A stretch of DNA of 64,000 bases, from contig CALRGV010000003.1 in assembly GCA_943358175.1 (NCBI GenBank), forward strand, positions 34,941-98,940. The letters are read 5' to 3'. The translations under genes and the position numbers were made by a program. Below the pieces are notes generated by a model that ran no database searches, was not told the DNA's origin, and saw only the letters and a list, made by a program, of their open reading frames with translations. The DNA comes from Candidatus Peribacteria bacterium. Lineage in GTDB: Bacteria > Patescibacteriota > Gracilibacteria > UBA1369 > LOWO2-01-FULL-3. This document shows positions 27,764 to 36,453 of this stretch, in pieces (positions within the stretch are counted from its first letter, which is position 1; every line of letters begins with the position of its first letter).

Positions 27764-28432
27764 ATGGAAAAGACAACTTTACGTTCACTGCTTCTTTTAA
27801 TGGTTATTACCGGTTCTATTTTTACTTTTACAGCCTGTGGGCCTAGTGATGTCGTGCAGGTTGAAACTGATGTGTCTGAAAAAAATGACGCGAAAATTGA
27901 GGTGAAGGATGAGGTAAAAGCAAAGGTAGAGACTAAAGTGGATGAAACAAAAACTGATGGAAAACCAGGAATGAATGTAAATGCGGAAATTAAGGCAAAC
28001 GCAGAAGTGAAAACGGATTCAAAGGTAGATGCAAAAGAGGAGAATGGTCCGGCAACTGAGGCACCAAAGGCTGTTACACCTAAAGTTAATACGACTATCT
28101 CAATTACTCCTCAGCCTGAAGTGAAGGTTACGACAAAATATAACGATGGTTCATATATTAAAACAGGTGGCTATCAGTCTCCAGGTGGTAGTGAGACTGT
28201 GACTGTTAATGTGAGTGTGAAGGATGATATGGTGCAATCGGTGAGTGTTGCAGGTGGTACGGATAATGATGTTTCAAAAAATTTCCAAAAACTTTTTATT
28301 GATGGTGTAAATGCTCAGGTTGTTGGTAAAAAATTGGCTGATGTGAAGGTTGGCGTGGTCAACGGATCTTCTTTGACCGGCATTGGTTTCAATCAGGCTA
28401 TTGATGCTATCAGGTCTTCCGCTCAGAAGTAA
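27764..28432 (+). CDS. lipoprotein with Lys/Glu/Val-rich linker and C-terminal FMN_bind-like domain
   Basis: I chose the start at MEKTTLRSLLLLMVITGSIFTFTA/C (lipobox). The C-terminal YNDGSYIKTGGYQSPGGSETVTVNVSVKDDMVQSVSV...VVNGSSLTGIGFNQAIDAI resembles NqrC/RnfG-type FMN-binding domains. The flavinylation motif is degenerate. Confidence 0.45.
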   Translation: MEKTTLRSLLLLMVITGSIFTFTACGPSDVVQVETDVSEKNDAKIEVKDEVKAKVETKVDETKTDGKPGMNVNAEIKANAEVKTDSKVDAKEENGPATEAPKAVTPKVNTTISITPQPEVKVTTKYNDGSYIKTGGYQSPGGSETVTVNVSVKDDMVQSVSVAGGTDNDVSKNFQKLFIDGVNAQVVGKKLADVKVGVVNGSSLTGIGFNQAIDAIRSSAQK

Positions 28433-28441
28433 AAAGATTTT

Positions 28442-29347
28442 ATGGAACTTGTTTCCAGGGACTGTGATGTATTAGGCACGAAAGTGTGGATTAGTGTCGT
28501 GGCACCAATGCAGGACTCTCCCATTGTTGCTGCAATTGATAAAGCCTTTTCTCGTGTGAAAGAGATTGAGCAGAAATATTCCCGTTTTATTAAGGGGAAT
28601 GTTTTGGCGGATTTGAATGCGAGCGTTGGTAAGTGGGCGAGGGTGGATGAAGAGACTTGGGGTTTGCTGAAATTCGGTGAGGAGTTGAAGGTCAAAAGTG
28701 GTGGAGTTTTTGATTTATCCGTGAAAGGGATTTTGGAAAGCTGGGGTTATGATGAGAATTATTCTTTTGAAGAGCATGGGGAAGGGAATTTAGGGGGAAT
28801 GGAATTTTCAGATGATGGGCGCGTGAGATTGAGCGCGGAAATTGAGTTTGGGGGAATCGGAAAGGGGTATGCCGTTGATCAAATGGCTGATATTTTGGAG
28901 AATTTTTCTGATCGGTATTTTATCAATGCCGGTGGAGATATTTTCGCGAAGGGGTTGAATGAAAAAGGTGAGAAATGGAGAGTGTATTTTGAGGATCCCC
29001 TTAATCCGGAGCAGGTGATTGGTTTTGTTGATGTAGATGAGAGCGGGCGCGGGTTGGCTTGCACGAGCCCGAGCAAAAGAAAGTGGGTCGACAAACATCA
29101 TTTGGTTGATCCACGGACTAAGCAGCCGGCGGATAAAATGTTGGCGGTGTATACGCAGGCCGCAGATCCCCGGAGTGGGGCGAAAAATTGTTTTTTGGCG
29201 GATGCGTATGCAACGGTGCTTTTTGTGATGGGTTATAAAGAGGCGCAGAAGATGGTGAAGAACTTTCCGGTGGAAGCGATGCTGGTAGATGTGAGTGGTG
29301 CCATTTATATGACTGAAGGGTTTCAGGGAGAATTGTTTAGGGAGTGA
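28442..29347 (+). CDS. apbE: ApbE-family FAD:protein FMN transferase
   Basis: FDLSVKGILESWGY, FGGIGKGYAVDQ, INAGGDIF, CTSPSKRKW...HHLVDPRT, ADAYATVLFVMG: the ApbE signature blocks. Confidence 0.8.
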   Translation: MELVSRDCDVLGTKVWISVVAPMQDSPIVAAIDKAFSRVKEIEQKYSRFIKGNVLADLNASVGKWARVDEETWGLLKFGEELKVKSGGVFDLSVKGILESWGYDENYSFEEHGEGNLGGMEFSDDGRVRLSAEIEFGGIGKGYAVDQMADILENFSDRYFINAGGDIFAKGLNEKGEKWRVYFEDPLNPEQVIGFVDVDESGRGLACTSPSKRKWVDKHHLVDPRTKQPADKMLAVYTQAADPRSGAKNCFLADAYATVLFVMGYKEAQKMVKNFPVEAMLVDVSGAIYMTEGFQGELFRE

Positions 29348-29356
29348 AGCAATTAT

Positions 29357-29393
29357 AAAAAAGATCCATCATTGCTGACGGATCTTTTTTTTG
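29357..29393. terminator. bidirectional rho-independent terminator between convergent genes
   Basis: aaaagatcc (29358-29366) pairs with ggatctttt (29380-29388) across a 13-nt loop. An A-run precedes the stem and a T-run follows it. Confidence 0.65.
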
Positions 29394-29406
29394 TTTTGTA
29401 GGGCTG

Positions 29407-30294
29407 TTACTGTGGCATTGCCGTTAAAATTTGACCGAATGGGAAATTACCTTCTTCGGTGGAACCGGCGAATTCATAGTTAGCTTTTACTCTACCTTTC
29501 GTATCATCAACGGATACTACTGTAGCTTTTTGGAATGAACCAATAGGGGCTGCATAGATAGTGTCACCGGCTTTTAGGGTATTTTTTAGTGGTACAGGAG
29601 TACAATCTGATTTAGTAAGAACCTTGATAGTTCCTCCCCAACCGCTTGTAAGCACTTTGTCGCCTGACACGTTAAGTAAAATTAAATTGTTGTATCCACC
29701 GCTGCCTTTGCAGGCAATAGTAGTACCTACTTGCCAGTCAGCTGAGAGAACCGTGAAAGAATCTGCTTTCAATTTTTCTGTAGCCAGGTCGTCTCCGTCA
29801 AGATAAGTAACTGTAGGAGTAGTGCCACCTTCGCTTACATAAGCTCTTTGCATGCCGGAACCAGATTGCCACCAAGTCAAAACGATATCACCTTTTTTAG
29901 CTGATTGACCGGCTTTGATTGGGATAATTAAGGAATTTGGGATCGTGGTTTCATCGAGAAGTTCCTTTACTTTTGTAGCAGTGTCTCCAATTTCAACAAC
30001 GGTTGCATTATAGAAAATGTAAGAAATATAGGATGGATCTTTGATTGAACTGGCGATCATTGTGAAGCTAGGAGCTAAAATTGTGTCACCCTTCTTTGCA
30101 TCTGTTTTTACAGAAGGATAGTCGAAAGGAACTTTGTCCGGTGCCGGAACTTCTGCAGTTTTTGCCGGTTCAACAACAGGTGTTGTAGTTGTGGCAGGTT
30201 CCACTTTTACGATAGTTTCGGTTTTGCCACTGCATGCCACGAGTGTGATGCTGAGTAAGCCGAGAGAGACGAGAGGGAGCAATTTTTTGCTCAT
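29407..30294 (-). CDS. lipoprotein of unknown function
   Basis: MSKKLLPLVSLGLLSITLVA/C lipobox, a Thr/Pro/Val-rich linker, and beta-rich remainder. Confidence 0.6.
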   Translation of the reverse strand: MSKKLLPLVSLGLLSITLVACSGKTETIVKVEPATTTTPVVEPAKTAEVPAPDKVPFDYPSVKTDAKKGDTILAPSFTMIASSIKDPSYISYIFYNATVVEIGDTATKVKELLDETTIPNSLIIPIKAGQSAKKGDIVLTWWQSGSGMQRAYVSEGGTTPTVTYLDGDDLATEKLKADSFTVLSADWQVGTTIACKGSGGYNNLILLNVSGDKVLTSGWGGTIKVLTKSDCTPVPLKNTLKAGDTIYAAPIGSFQKATVVSVDDTKGRVKANYEFAGSTEEGNFPFGQILTAMPQ

Positions 30295-30527
30295 TGTGAC
30301 AGGGGTTTAAAAAATAAATAGTAACTATGATATTTTGAGCAAATAGATCTGTTTTGTCTAGACTTTTGGAGAATTTTGAACTGCGCAAGTTTGTTGAATG
30401 TGTTGTTGTTTTGAAAATCTTTAAAAACCTTGCATATATTTTTTAATTTTATTAAGATGCTCTGCGAAACAGATAGAAAGTTTGGAGAAATCTTCTTAGC
30501 CCTAAAAAGTTAAGAGGCGCTCTCCAG

Positions 30528-30556
30528 CTTGCCCGAATTTCGAAAATTAGGTATAA
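30528..30556 (+). promoter_or_regulatory. candidate promoter for tRNA-Thr
   Basis: TTGCCC (30528-30533), 17-nt spacer, TATAAA (30551-30556), 30 nt upstream of the tRNA 5' end. Confidence 0.45.
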
Positions 30557-30586
30557 AGGGGCAGCTGTTTATCTGAAAATTAGCGT

Positions 30587-30661
30587 GCCGTCGTAGCTCA
30601 GTGATAGAGCACCCCCTTGGTAAGGGGGAGGTCAGGAGTTTGATTCTCCCCGACGGCTCCA
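30587..30661 (+). tRNA. tRNA-Thr (anticodon GGU), CCA encoded
   Basis: GCCGTCG-TA-GCTC-AGTGATA-GAGC-A-CCCCC-TTGGTAA-GGGGG-AGGTC-AGGAG-TTTGATT-CTCCC-CGACGGC-T-CCA. There is one A-C mismatch at the base of the T stem. Confidence 0.9.
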
Positions 30662-30740
30662 GAGTTGCTTAATTAAGCCGGGTACTTCGTTAAAACCAAA
30701 ATTTTAGTTTCGCCTCGTACCCGGCTTAATTAAGCAACTC
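30662..30740. repeat. perfect 24-bp inverted repeat (long hairpin) abutting the tRNA-Thr CCA end
   Basis: gagttgcttaattaagccgggtac (30662-30685) and gtacccggcttaattaagcaactc (30717-30740) are exact reverse complements, separated by a 31-nt loop. The element lies between the tRNA 3' end and the stop of the convergent helicase gene. Confidence 0.9.
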
Positions 30741-30745
30741 ACACT

Positions 30746-32071
30746 TTAAGCATTTGACTTTAATTGCGCGAAATACTGCACGATTTTTTTATCCATCCAG
30801 ATGTGGCGTTTCATGATTTGTTTTTTGAGTGTTATTCCTTCGAGGCTGCGGCAGCGGCTGAGGGCGACGTAAACTTGGCCGTGGGCAAAGGCGCCATTTC
30901 CAATATCAATGATGACTTTGTCGAAGGTTTTTCCCTGGCTTTTGTGAATAGTCACAGCCCAGGCGAGGCGCATTGGGAATTGAGTGAAGGAGCCGGCGAC
31001 TTCCGTGTCGATGGATTTTTTTTCTTCGTTGTAAAAATATTTGTGAATATTCCAGCTGTGCTTTTTTACTTTGGCGTTGAGGCCATTGTTTAATTTTATT
31101 TCAATAATGTCGTCTCCTTCGAATTCGTCGAAGCTGATTTTTGTGACTTTGCCGATGCTGCCGTTGACCCAGCGGCTCGAGGTGTCGTTGTTGAGCATCA
31201 TGATTTGGGCGCCGACTTTCAGGTCGAGAATTTCCATGGTAGGGAGGTGGCCGCGAGGAAATTCTCCATCTAGTTCGCCTCTGAATGTTTCTTCCGAATC
31301 GCGAAGTTTGGCTAATTCCAGGCGATTTTTTTCGTCTGCGGCGGCGTTGGTGGTGGTGAGGGTGATGACGAATTCTTTGGTGAGATTTTCAGTGTTTGTA
31401 GAATAGCGGAGGTTGAGTTTGTTTAGTTCTTCTTGAGTGACGGTGTTGTTGCGAACTTTGTTTAAGAGGCCGATGAAATGATCGTCGTTTTGGCGATAAA
31501 TTTTTTGTAATTCGAGAAATTCCAGTTCCACATTTTCTAAACATTTTGCAGAGAAAAAATATGGGCTGGCATAATAATTTTGAAATAATTGTTTTTCCTC
31601 CGGGCTGGCGACGACCGGTGGTAGTTGATAAAGATCGCCGATGAAAACCATCTGGAGTCCACCGAAAGGCAGATTTTCTTCTCCGCGATGATGCCGCAAG
31701 GAAACATCAATACAATCGAGAAGATCGGCGCGGAGCATGGAGGATTCATCGATAATAATCATATCGAGATTTGCGATGAGTTTTTTCTTTTTTTCAGATA
31801 ATTTGTGCTCGAGAACTTTGTCCGGAGTGATGTTTGGCGGAATTAAAAAGAAGGAATGAATTGTTTGGCCGTTGACGTTTAGGGCTGCTACTCCTGTCGG
31901 TGCAAGAATAGCGACATTTTTCTTTGTGTGGAGTTGGAAATGTTCCAGTAAAGTAGATTTACCGGTACCGGCATTTCCGGTGATAAAAAGATTTTTGTCG
32001 GAATGATCGAGAAATTTCAAGGCGCGCGCAAAATCTTCATTGATTTCAATTTCCAGGTTTGATTGGGTCAT
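30746..32071 (-). CDS. PIF1/RecD-like superfamily 1 DNA helicase
   Basis: Walker A FITGNAGTGKSTLL, MIIIDESSML, FIGDLYQLPPV, and WAVTIHKSQGKTFDKVII...YVALSRCRS. Confidence 0.8.
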   Translation of the reverse strand: MTQSNLEIEINEDFARALKFLDHSDKNLFITGNAGTGKSTLLEHFQLHTKKNVAILAPTGVAALNVNGQTIHSFFLIPPNITPDKVLEHKLSEKKKKLIANLDMIIIDESSMLRADLLDCIDVSLRHHRGEENLPFGGLQMVFIGDLYQLPPVVASPEEKQLFQNYYASPYFFSAKCLENVELEFLELQKIYRQNDDHFIGLLNKVRNNTVTQEELNKLNLRYSTNTENLTKEFVITLTTTNAAADEKNRLELAKLRDSEETFRGELDGEFPRGHLPTMEILDLKVGAQIMMLNNDTSSRWVNGSIGKVTKISFDEFEGDDIIEIKLNNGLNAKVKKHSWNIHKYFYNEEKKSIDTEVAGSFTQFPMRLAWAVTIHKSQGKTFDKVIIDIGNGAFAHGQVYVALSRCRSLEGITLKKQIMKRHIWMDKKIVQYFAQLKSNA

Positions 32072-32335
32072 GCCACGATTGTACAGGAAATTAGATTAAA
32101 TCGAATAGCATTGGTATGGCGCCTAATCTTTTTTTAGCTTTTTTGAAGGCTGATTTGTTTTCAAGATAGTCGACAAACCATTTTGCTTGATTTCATGTGA
32201 GTGAGAATGGGATTTGTTAGCGTTTGCAGGTTTAGTAAAGAACGACGGAGGAGCGAATATCTTCAATCACTTGCGTTTTTAGGCGAGAAGTGTTAAAAGG
32301 TAATCTTTTCGTAATTACAATTTGTGTTATAATTT

Positions 32336-33373
32336 ATGGCTAAAGAAAAATTACTTTCTACACAACTGGAACCTGTAGATTGTTTGGCTGAAGTAAGTGC
32401 TGAATTAGTGAGTATTGCCCCTGGAATTGAAGAGGGCGAAATTCGTGATTTAAATTTGTTTTTGACTCCTTCGGCAGAGATTGATGGCATTCAAACTCAA
32501 TTGCAGCAAGGGATTTTGCGACATATGCATCACAGAAGTGTAGAATTACCAGATAGATATAATTCAACAAATGAAGCCGGAGTTTTCAGTTGTAGAAGGC
32601 TGAAGGGAGCTGGTCTTTATAGTGGCCCAAGTGAAGAGTGGTTACACAAAGTAAGGAATGTAAAAAAAGATCAAACCGGATTAGTTCTTGGTTTACAGTC
32701 ATTGCCAGAATTTCAAGGCGCTTTTGATGCTCATACAAGACTTGTTCAAATGGGAATTGAGACTGAATTTCCTCTCGGCGCTCTCAAGCTTGGTGAAATT
32801 ATTTATCAAAATAGAGATGGTGTTTCCAGAGTGGCAATTGGTGAGGCATTTGATGATGCCGGCCTGCCGCCTGAGTATAAAGAAATTCCTTTCGTAATTA
32901 GGGTTGATGCGATTGGTATTAATCATCGTCTTAAGGATTACATTTTTGCAGGGGAACTTCTCTACAACGCTGAACTAGATACCGAGAAAGTGAGAGCTAT
33001 GTTGATGGAAGACGTGACAGCCTACTTACTACAAGAAGCAAAAGTTTTAGGAAATGACTTGCCAGACATTGAGGGAAATTTAGATTTGTACCTAGAATTT
33101 ATTCTAAAGAGAATTTATAAAAACGTTGCATTGCTTCACAAAAATGGGGGAGTGCACGGACAGCTTACTGAACAAAATTTAACAATGGATGGAAAATTTA
33201 TTGATTATGACACTTTGAAGTGGCTTTCGGGAGATATTTTTGAAGAAAAAAGACAGGCAGATCTTGTTAGACTTGAAGTTAGTGCAAGAGCTTTTCTACA
33301 GGTGTGGACAAAGGATCCTGGCAAAGTTGAAAAACTTTTAGAAACTGCTAAAAAAGAATATGGAAAATTTTGA
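32336..33373 (+). CDS. hypothetical protein, possible protein-kinase-like/APH-like fold
   Basis: 345 aa. The C-terminal ALLHKNGGVHGQLTEQNLTMDGKFIDYD resembles the lH..g..HgDl...N......iDfd catalytic segment of Kdo/APH/RIO-type kinases, but has Gln where the catalytic Asp is expected. Confidence 0.3.
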   Translation: MAKEKLLSTQLEPVDCLAEVSAELVSIAPGIEEGEIRDLNLFLTPSAEIDGIQTQLQQGILRHMHHRSVELPDRYNSTNEAGVFSCRRLKGAGLYSGPSEEWLHKVRNVKKDQTGLVLGLQSLPEFQGAFDAHTRLVQMGIETEFPLGALKLGEIIYQNRDGVSRVAIGEAFDDAGLPPEYKEIPFVIRVDAIGINHRLKDYIFAGELLYNAELDTEKVRAMLMEDVTAYLLQEAKVLGNDLPDIEGNLDLYLEFILKRIYKNVALLHKNGGVHGQLTEQNLTMDGKFIDYDTLKWLSGDIFEEKRQADLVRLEVSARAFLQVWTKDPGKVEKLLETAKKEYGKF

Positions 33374-34325
33374 AAGACGTACAAATGATCTCGGAGATAA
33401 TGAGAGGTTGGTGCTATTTCTAGGTACCGAACGAGGCCTTCAAGTAATGCAAAGGATAGTTCAGGACAGAATTGGTGAAGTGGCCGCTGTTTGTGTGCAA
33501 TATGATACTGGGTATGGTGCTCAGGCAAGTGAAGAAATCGCCAGAGTAGCAAAAGAGGCAGGTGCAGATGTCTACTCTTCTAATGATGTGAAATCTACTC
33601 AATATGCTGAATTAATAAGAAGATATGATGCCAATACAGCTCTTTGTATAAATTGGCGAAAGCTTTTTCCTATGGATGCTGTGAATGCTGCACACAGGGG
33701 GCTCACTGTAGCTCATGATAGTTTACTGCCACATTTGAGAGGATTTGCCCCATTAAACCATTCACTAAGATTGGGAGAAAACAAAACCGGGGTAACACTC
33801 TTTTACGCAGCTAAAGAAACGGATTCAGGGGATATTATTGGTGCCAAGGAAACTGCAATTGGCAGTGATGAATATGTGAGAGAGGTGAGAGATAGGGTTA
33901 CTGGATTGACTGTAGAATTAGTTTCGGAAGAATTGCCTAGGATATTGGCCGGTAGATCTGTGGGATCACCACAGGATGAATCAAAAGCAACTTTCGGGGT
34001 GAGACTTACTCCAGATGATGGACGCATTGATTTTTCTAGAACCAGAAGAGAAATATTCAATTTAATTAGGGCCACATCTCATCCATATCCGGGAGCTTTT
34101 ACTGGTTTGGAAGGTAGAGAAATGAGAGTATGGACAGCTTCTTTGCCTGAAGATACTCCAGTGTTAGCAACTACAATTCCAGGAAGAGTAGTGAAAAGAG
34201 AAGAGAACAGGGGTGTTTTTGTTTCTGCCGGTGACGGTGCAATTCTACTGGAAAATGTAGAAATAAATGGAGATAACGCTAGTGCAGATGCCTTTATCAG
34301 AAATCATTCCACAACCCTCAAATAA
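33360..34325 (+). CDS. formyltransferase (Fmt/ArnA-N-terminal type; putative sugar N-formyltransferase)
   Basis: VAHDSLLPHLRGFAPLNHSLRLGENKTGVTLFYAAKETDSGDII (the HxSLLPxxRG...D motif set), plus a C-terminal domain PYPGAFTGLEGREMRVW. The start overlaps the upstream gene by 14 nt. Confidence 0.8.
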   Translation: MENFERRTNDLGDNERLVLFLGTERGLQVMQRIVQDRIGEVAAVCVQYDTGYGAQASEEIARVAKEAGADVYSSNDVKSTQYAELIRRYDANTALCINWRKLFPMDAVNAAHRGLTVAHDSLLPHLRGFAPLNHSLRLGENKTGVTLFYAAKETDSGDIIGAKETAIGSDEYVREVRDRVTGLTVELVSEELPRILAGRSVGSPQDESKATFGVRLTPDDGRIDFSRTRREIFNLIRATSHPYPGAFTGLEGREMRVWTASLPEDTPVLATTIPGRVVKREENRGVFVSAGDGAILLENVEINGDNASADAFIRNHSTTLK

Positions 34326-35351
34326 ATGAAAGAAACACTACTTATTACAGGAGCTGGTGGATATGTGGGAACACATTTAGTTGAGCAAGCTTTAGATAAA
34401 GGTTATCGCGTCAAAGCGCTTGACACCTATGTTTTTGGCAAAGATAAAATGGCTCACGTTGAGGCGAGAGATGATCTAACAATGATTAAGGCTGACATTA
34501 GAGGAGTAGGTAAAGACTTGTTTAAAGATGTAGATTTTGTAGCGGATTTAGCAGGGTTTTCAAATGATCCTTCAGCAGAAATTGATCCAGATCTTACGAG
34601 GTCAGTGAATTTTGGTGGATGTGCAAATGTAGCGAAAATGGCGAAGGGAAGTGGTGTTAAACGTTATGTGGAAATGTCTTCTTGCTCCGTTTATGGAGCC
34701 AATGAAGGTATCTGTGATGAATCTACGAGTCCCAATCCACAATCTTTATATGCACAAATAAAAGCTGAAGTAGAAGAGCACCTTATGGAACTTTCTGATA
34801 ATGATTTTTGCGCTACAGCATTAAGGAATTCTACATGTTTTGGACTGAGTAATCGCATGAGATACGACTTAGTTGTAAATCTTATGTCTTTGAATGCTTT
34901 TGAAGATAGGAGTTTGAAAGTTTTTGGAAGCGGCAACCAGAGAAGACCTCTAATTCACGCAGCAGATTCTGCCGCAATTGTATTACATTTACTTGAGCAA
35001 GATCCTTCATTAGTTCGTGGGGAAATATTTAATATAGGTAGTGAAAATACTAGAGTTATAGATTTAGCGGATAGAATTCGTGGCGTTGTTGGTGATGCCC
35101 TTGGTGAAGAAATAGGAGTTGAACACGTAGGAGAAAACACAGACATTAGAGATTATGAGGTTTCTTTTGCTAAATTTACAAATAGATTTGGAATTGTAAC
35201 AAGTTTATCGGTAGAGGACGGATCACGTGAAATAATTAGAGCCTTGATGGGGGGAAAAGCTTTGCCCAATCTAGACACTATGACTTTGCAATTTTATCAA
35301 TCATTAATGCATAAATATGGAAGTTCCTTTTTATCGACATTCGGTCAATAA
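34326..35351 (+). CDS. NAD-dependent epimerase/dehydratase (extended SDR)
   Basis: LLITGAGGYVGTHL, SSCSVYG and YAQIK (YxxxK). The start immediately follows the formyltransferase stop. Confidence 0.8.
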   Translation: MKETLLITGAGGYVGTHLVEQALDKGYRVKALDTYVFGKDKMAHVEARDDLTMIKADIRGVGKDLFKDVDFVADLAGFSNDPSAEIDPDLTRSVNFGGCANVAKMAKGSGVKRYVEMSSCSVYGANEGICDESTSPNPQSLYAQIKAEVEEHLMELSDNDFCATALRNSTCFGLSNRMRYDLVVNLMSLNAFEDRSLKVFGSGNQRRPLIHAADSAAIVLHLLEQDPSLVRGEIFNIGSENTRVIDLADRIRGVVGDALGEEIGVEHVGENTDIRDYEVSFAKFTNRFGIVTSLSVEDGSREIIRALMGGKALPNLDTMTLQFYQSLMHKYGSSFLSTFGQ

Positions 35352-36453
35352 AGACGATATAGCTCGAGTTGTGTCTACCCTTGAGGGGATGTTTTTGACG
35401 ACCGGAGGAGTTACTACTGAGTTTGAATGTAAATTTGCGGATCTTTTTGAAGTGAATCATTGTATTGGAACTACCAATTGCACAAGTGCCGCTGAATTAG
35501 CTTTAAGAATTTGGGATGTAGGTCCAGGCGATGAAGTTATCGTTCCTACGATGAGTTATGTAGCCACGGCTCAATCAGTGGCGCTACGCGGGGCAAAACC
35601 AGTTTTCGTGGACAGCGATGGGCAAACAGGTTTGATAGACTTAAATCAAATAGAAGCGGCTATTACGGAAAACACGAAAGTCATTATGCCGGTACACTTG
35701 TATGGAGTGATGGTGGATATGGTTGCTCTTAAGGTGATTGCAGATAAACACGGATTAAAAATTTTAGAGGATAGTGCTCACGCTGTAGTCTCATCGAGAG
35801 ATGGAATTAAACCAGGGCAAATGAGTGATGCTGCAGTTTTTAGTTTTTATGCTACTAAAAATATTACCAGTGGAGAAGGAGGAGCTTTAATTTGTAACGA
35901 TGATAAATTTGCTGAGGATTTTCGTCGCGGTACTTGTTGTGGAGTGACAAAAACGGCTCATAGCAGACGTAAAGAGGGAGAGAAAGCCTATGTTGGTTAC
36001 GACAGTGTTCAAGTTGCCGGGAAGTGCAATATGACCAATATTCAAGCAAGTTTGCTCATTGGCCAGATAGATAGACTTCCTATGGACCGAGCAAAAAGAG
36101 GTGAATTAGTTGCACTATATAGAAAACTTTTAGCAGACTTTGGTCCTGTGGAATTGCCTCATGCACCAGATGGTATAGATAGTTCACACTACGTGATGGT
36201 CGCTTTACTCCAAGATGGAACAAGAGATGGTATTTTTAGGACTTTTGGAGAAAAAGGAATTGGTTGCGCTGTTAATTTTGATCCAATCCACTTGAAAACA
36301 ATTTTTAAACAGTTGAGTGGTTATAAAGAAGGTGATTTTCCAGTTGCTGAAAATTGGGGAAGAAGGTGTATTACATTACCTCTCTATAACGGACTAGAAG
36401 AAGAGCAGGTGAGATATGTAACTGATACGATTAAAGCAGCTTATGGAAAATAA
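35317..36453 (+). CDS. DegT/DnrJ/EryC1/StrS-family PLP-dependent sugar aminotransferase (AT1)
   Basis: N-terminal VPFYRHSVNKDDIARV..., EDSAHAV, and FSFYATKNITSGEGGALI (catalytic Lys). It overlaps the SDR gene by 35 nt. Confidence 0.85.
   Translation: MEVPFYRHSVNKDDIARVVSTLEGMFLTTGGVTTEFECKFADLFEVNHCIGTTNCTSAAELALRIWDVGPGDEVIVPTMSYVATAQSVALRGAKPVFVDSDGQTGLIDLNQIEAAITENTKVIMPVHLYGVMVDMVALKVIADKHGLKILEDSAHAVVSSRDGIKPGQMSDAAVFSFYATKNITSGEGGALICNDDKFAEDFRRGTCCGVTKTAHSRRKEGEKAYVGYDSVQVAGKCNMTNIQASLLIGQIDRLPMDRAKRGELVALYRKLLADFGPVELPHAPDGIDSSHYVMVALLQDGTRDGIFRTFGEKGIGCAVNFDPIHLKTIFKQLSGYKEGDFPVAENWGRRCITLPLYNGLEEEQVRYVTDTIKAAYGK

Noticed and set aside
32325-32333. TGTTATAAT extended -10 box as promoter of the island's first gene
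   Set aside because: It ends only 2 nt before the ATG at 32336, so a transcript from it would start inside or after the start codon. There is no -35 box. Either the start codon is misplaced or the box is fortuitous in AT-rich DNA.
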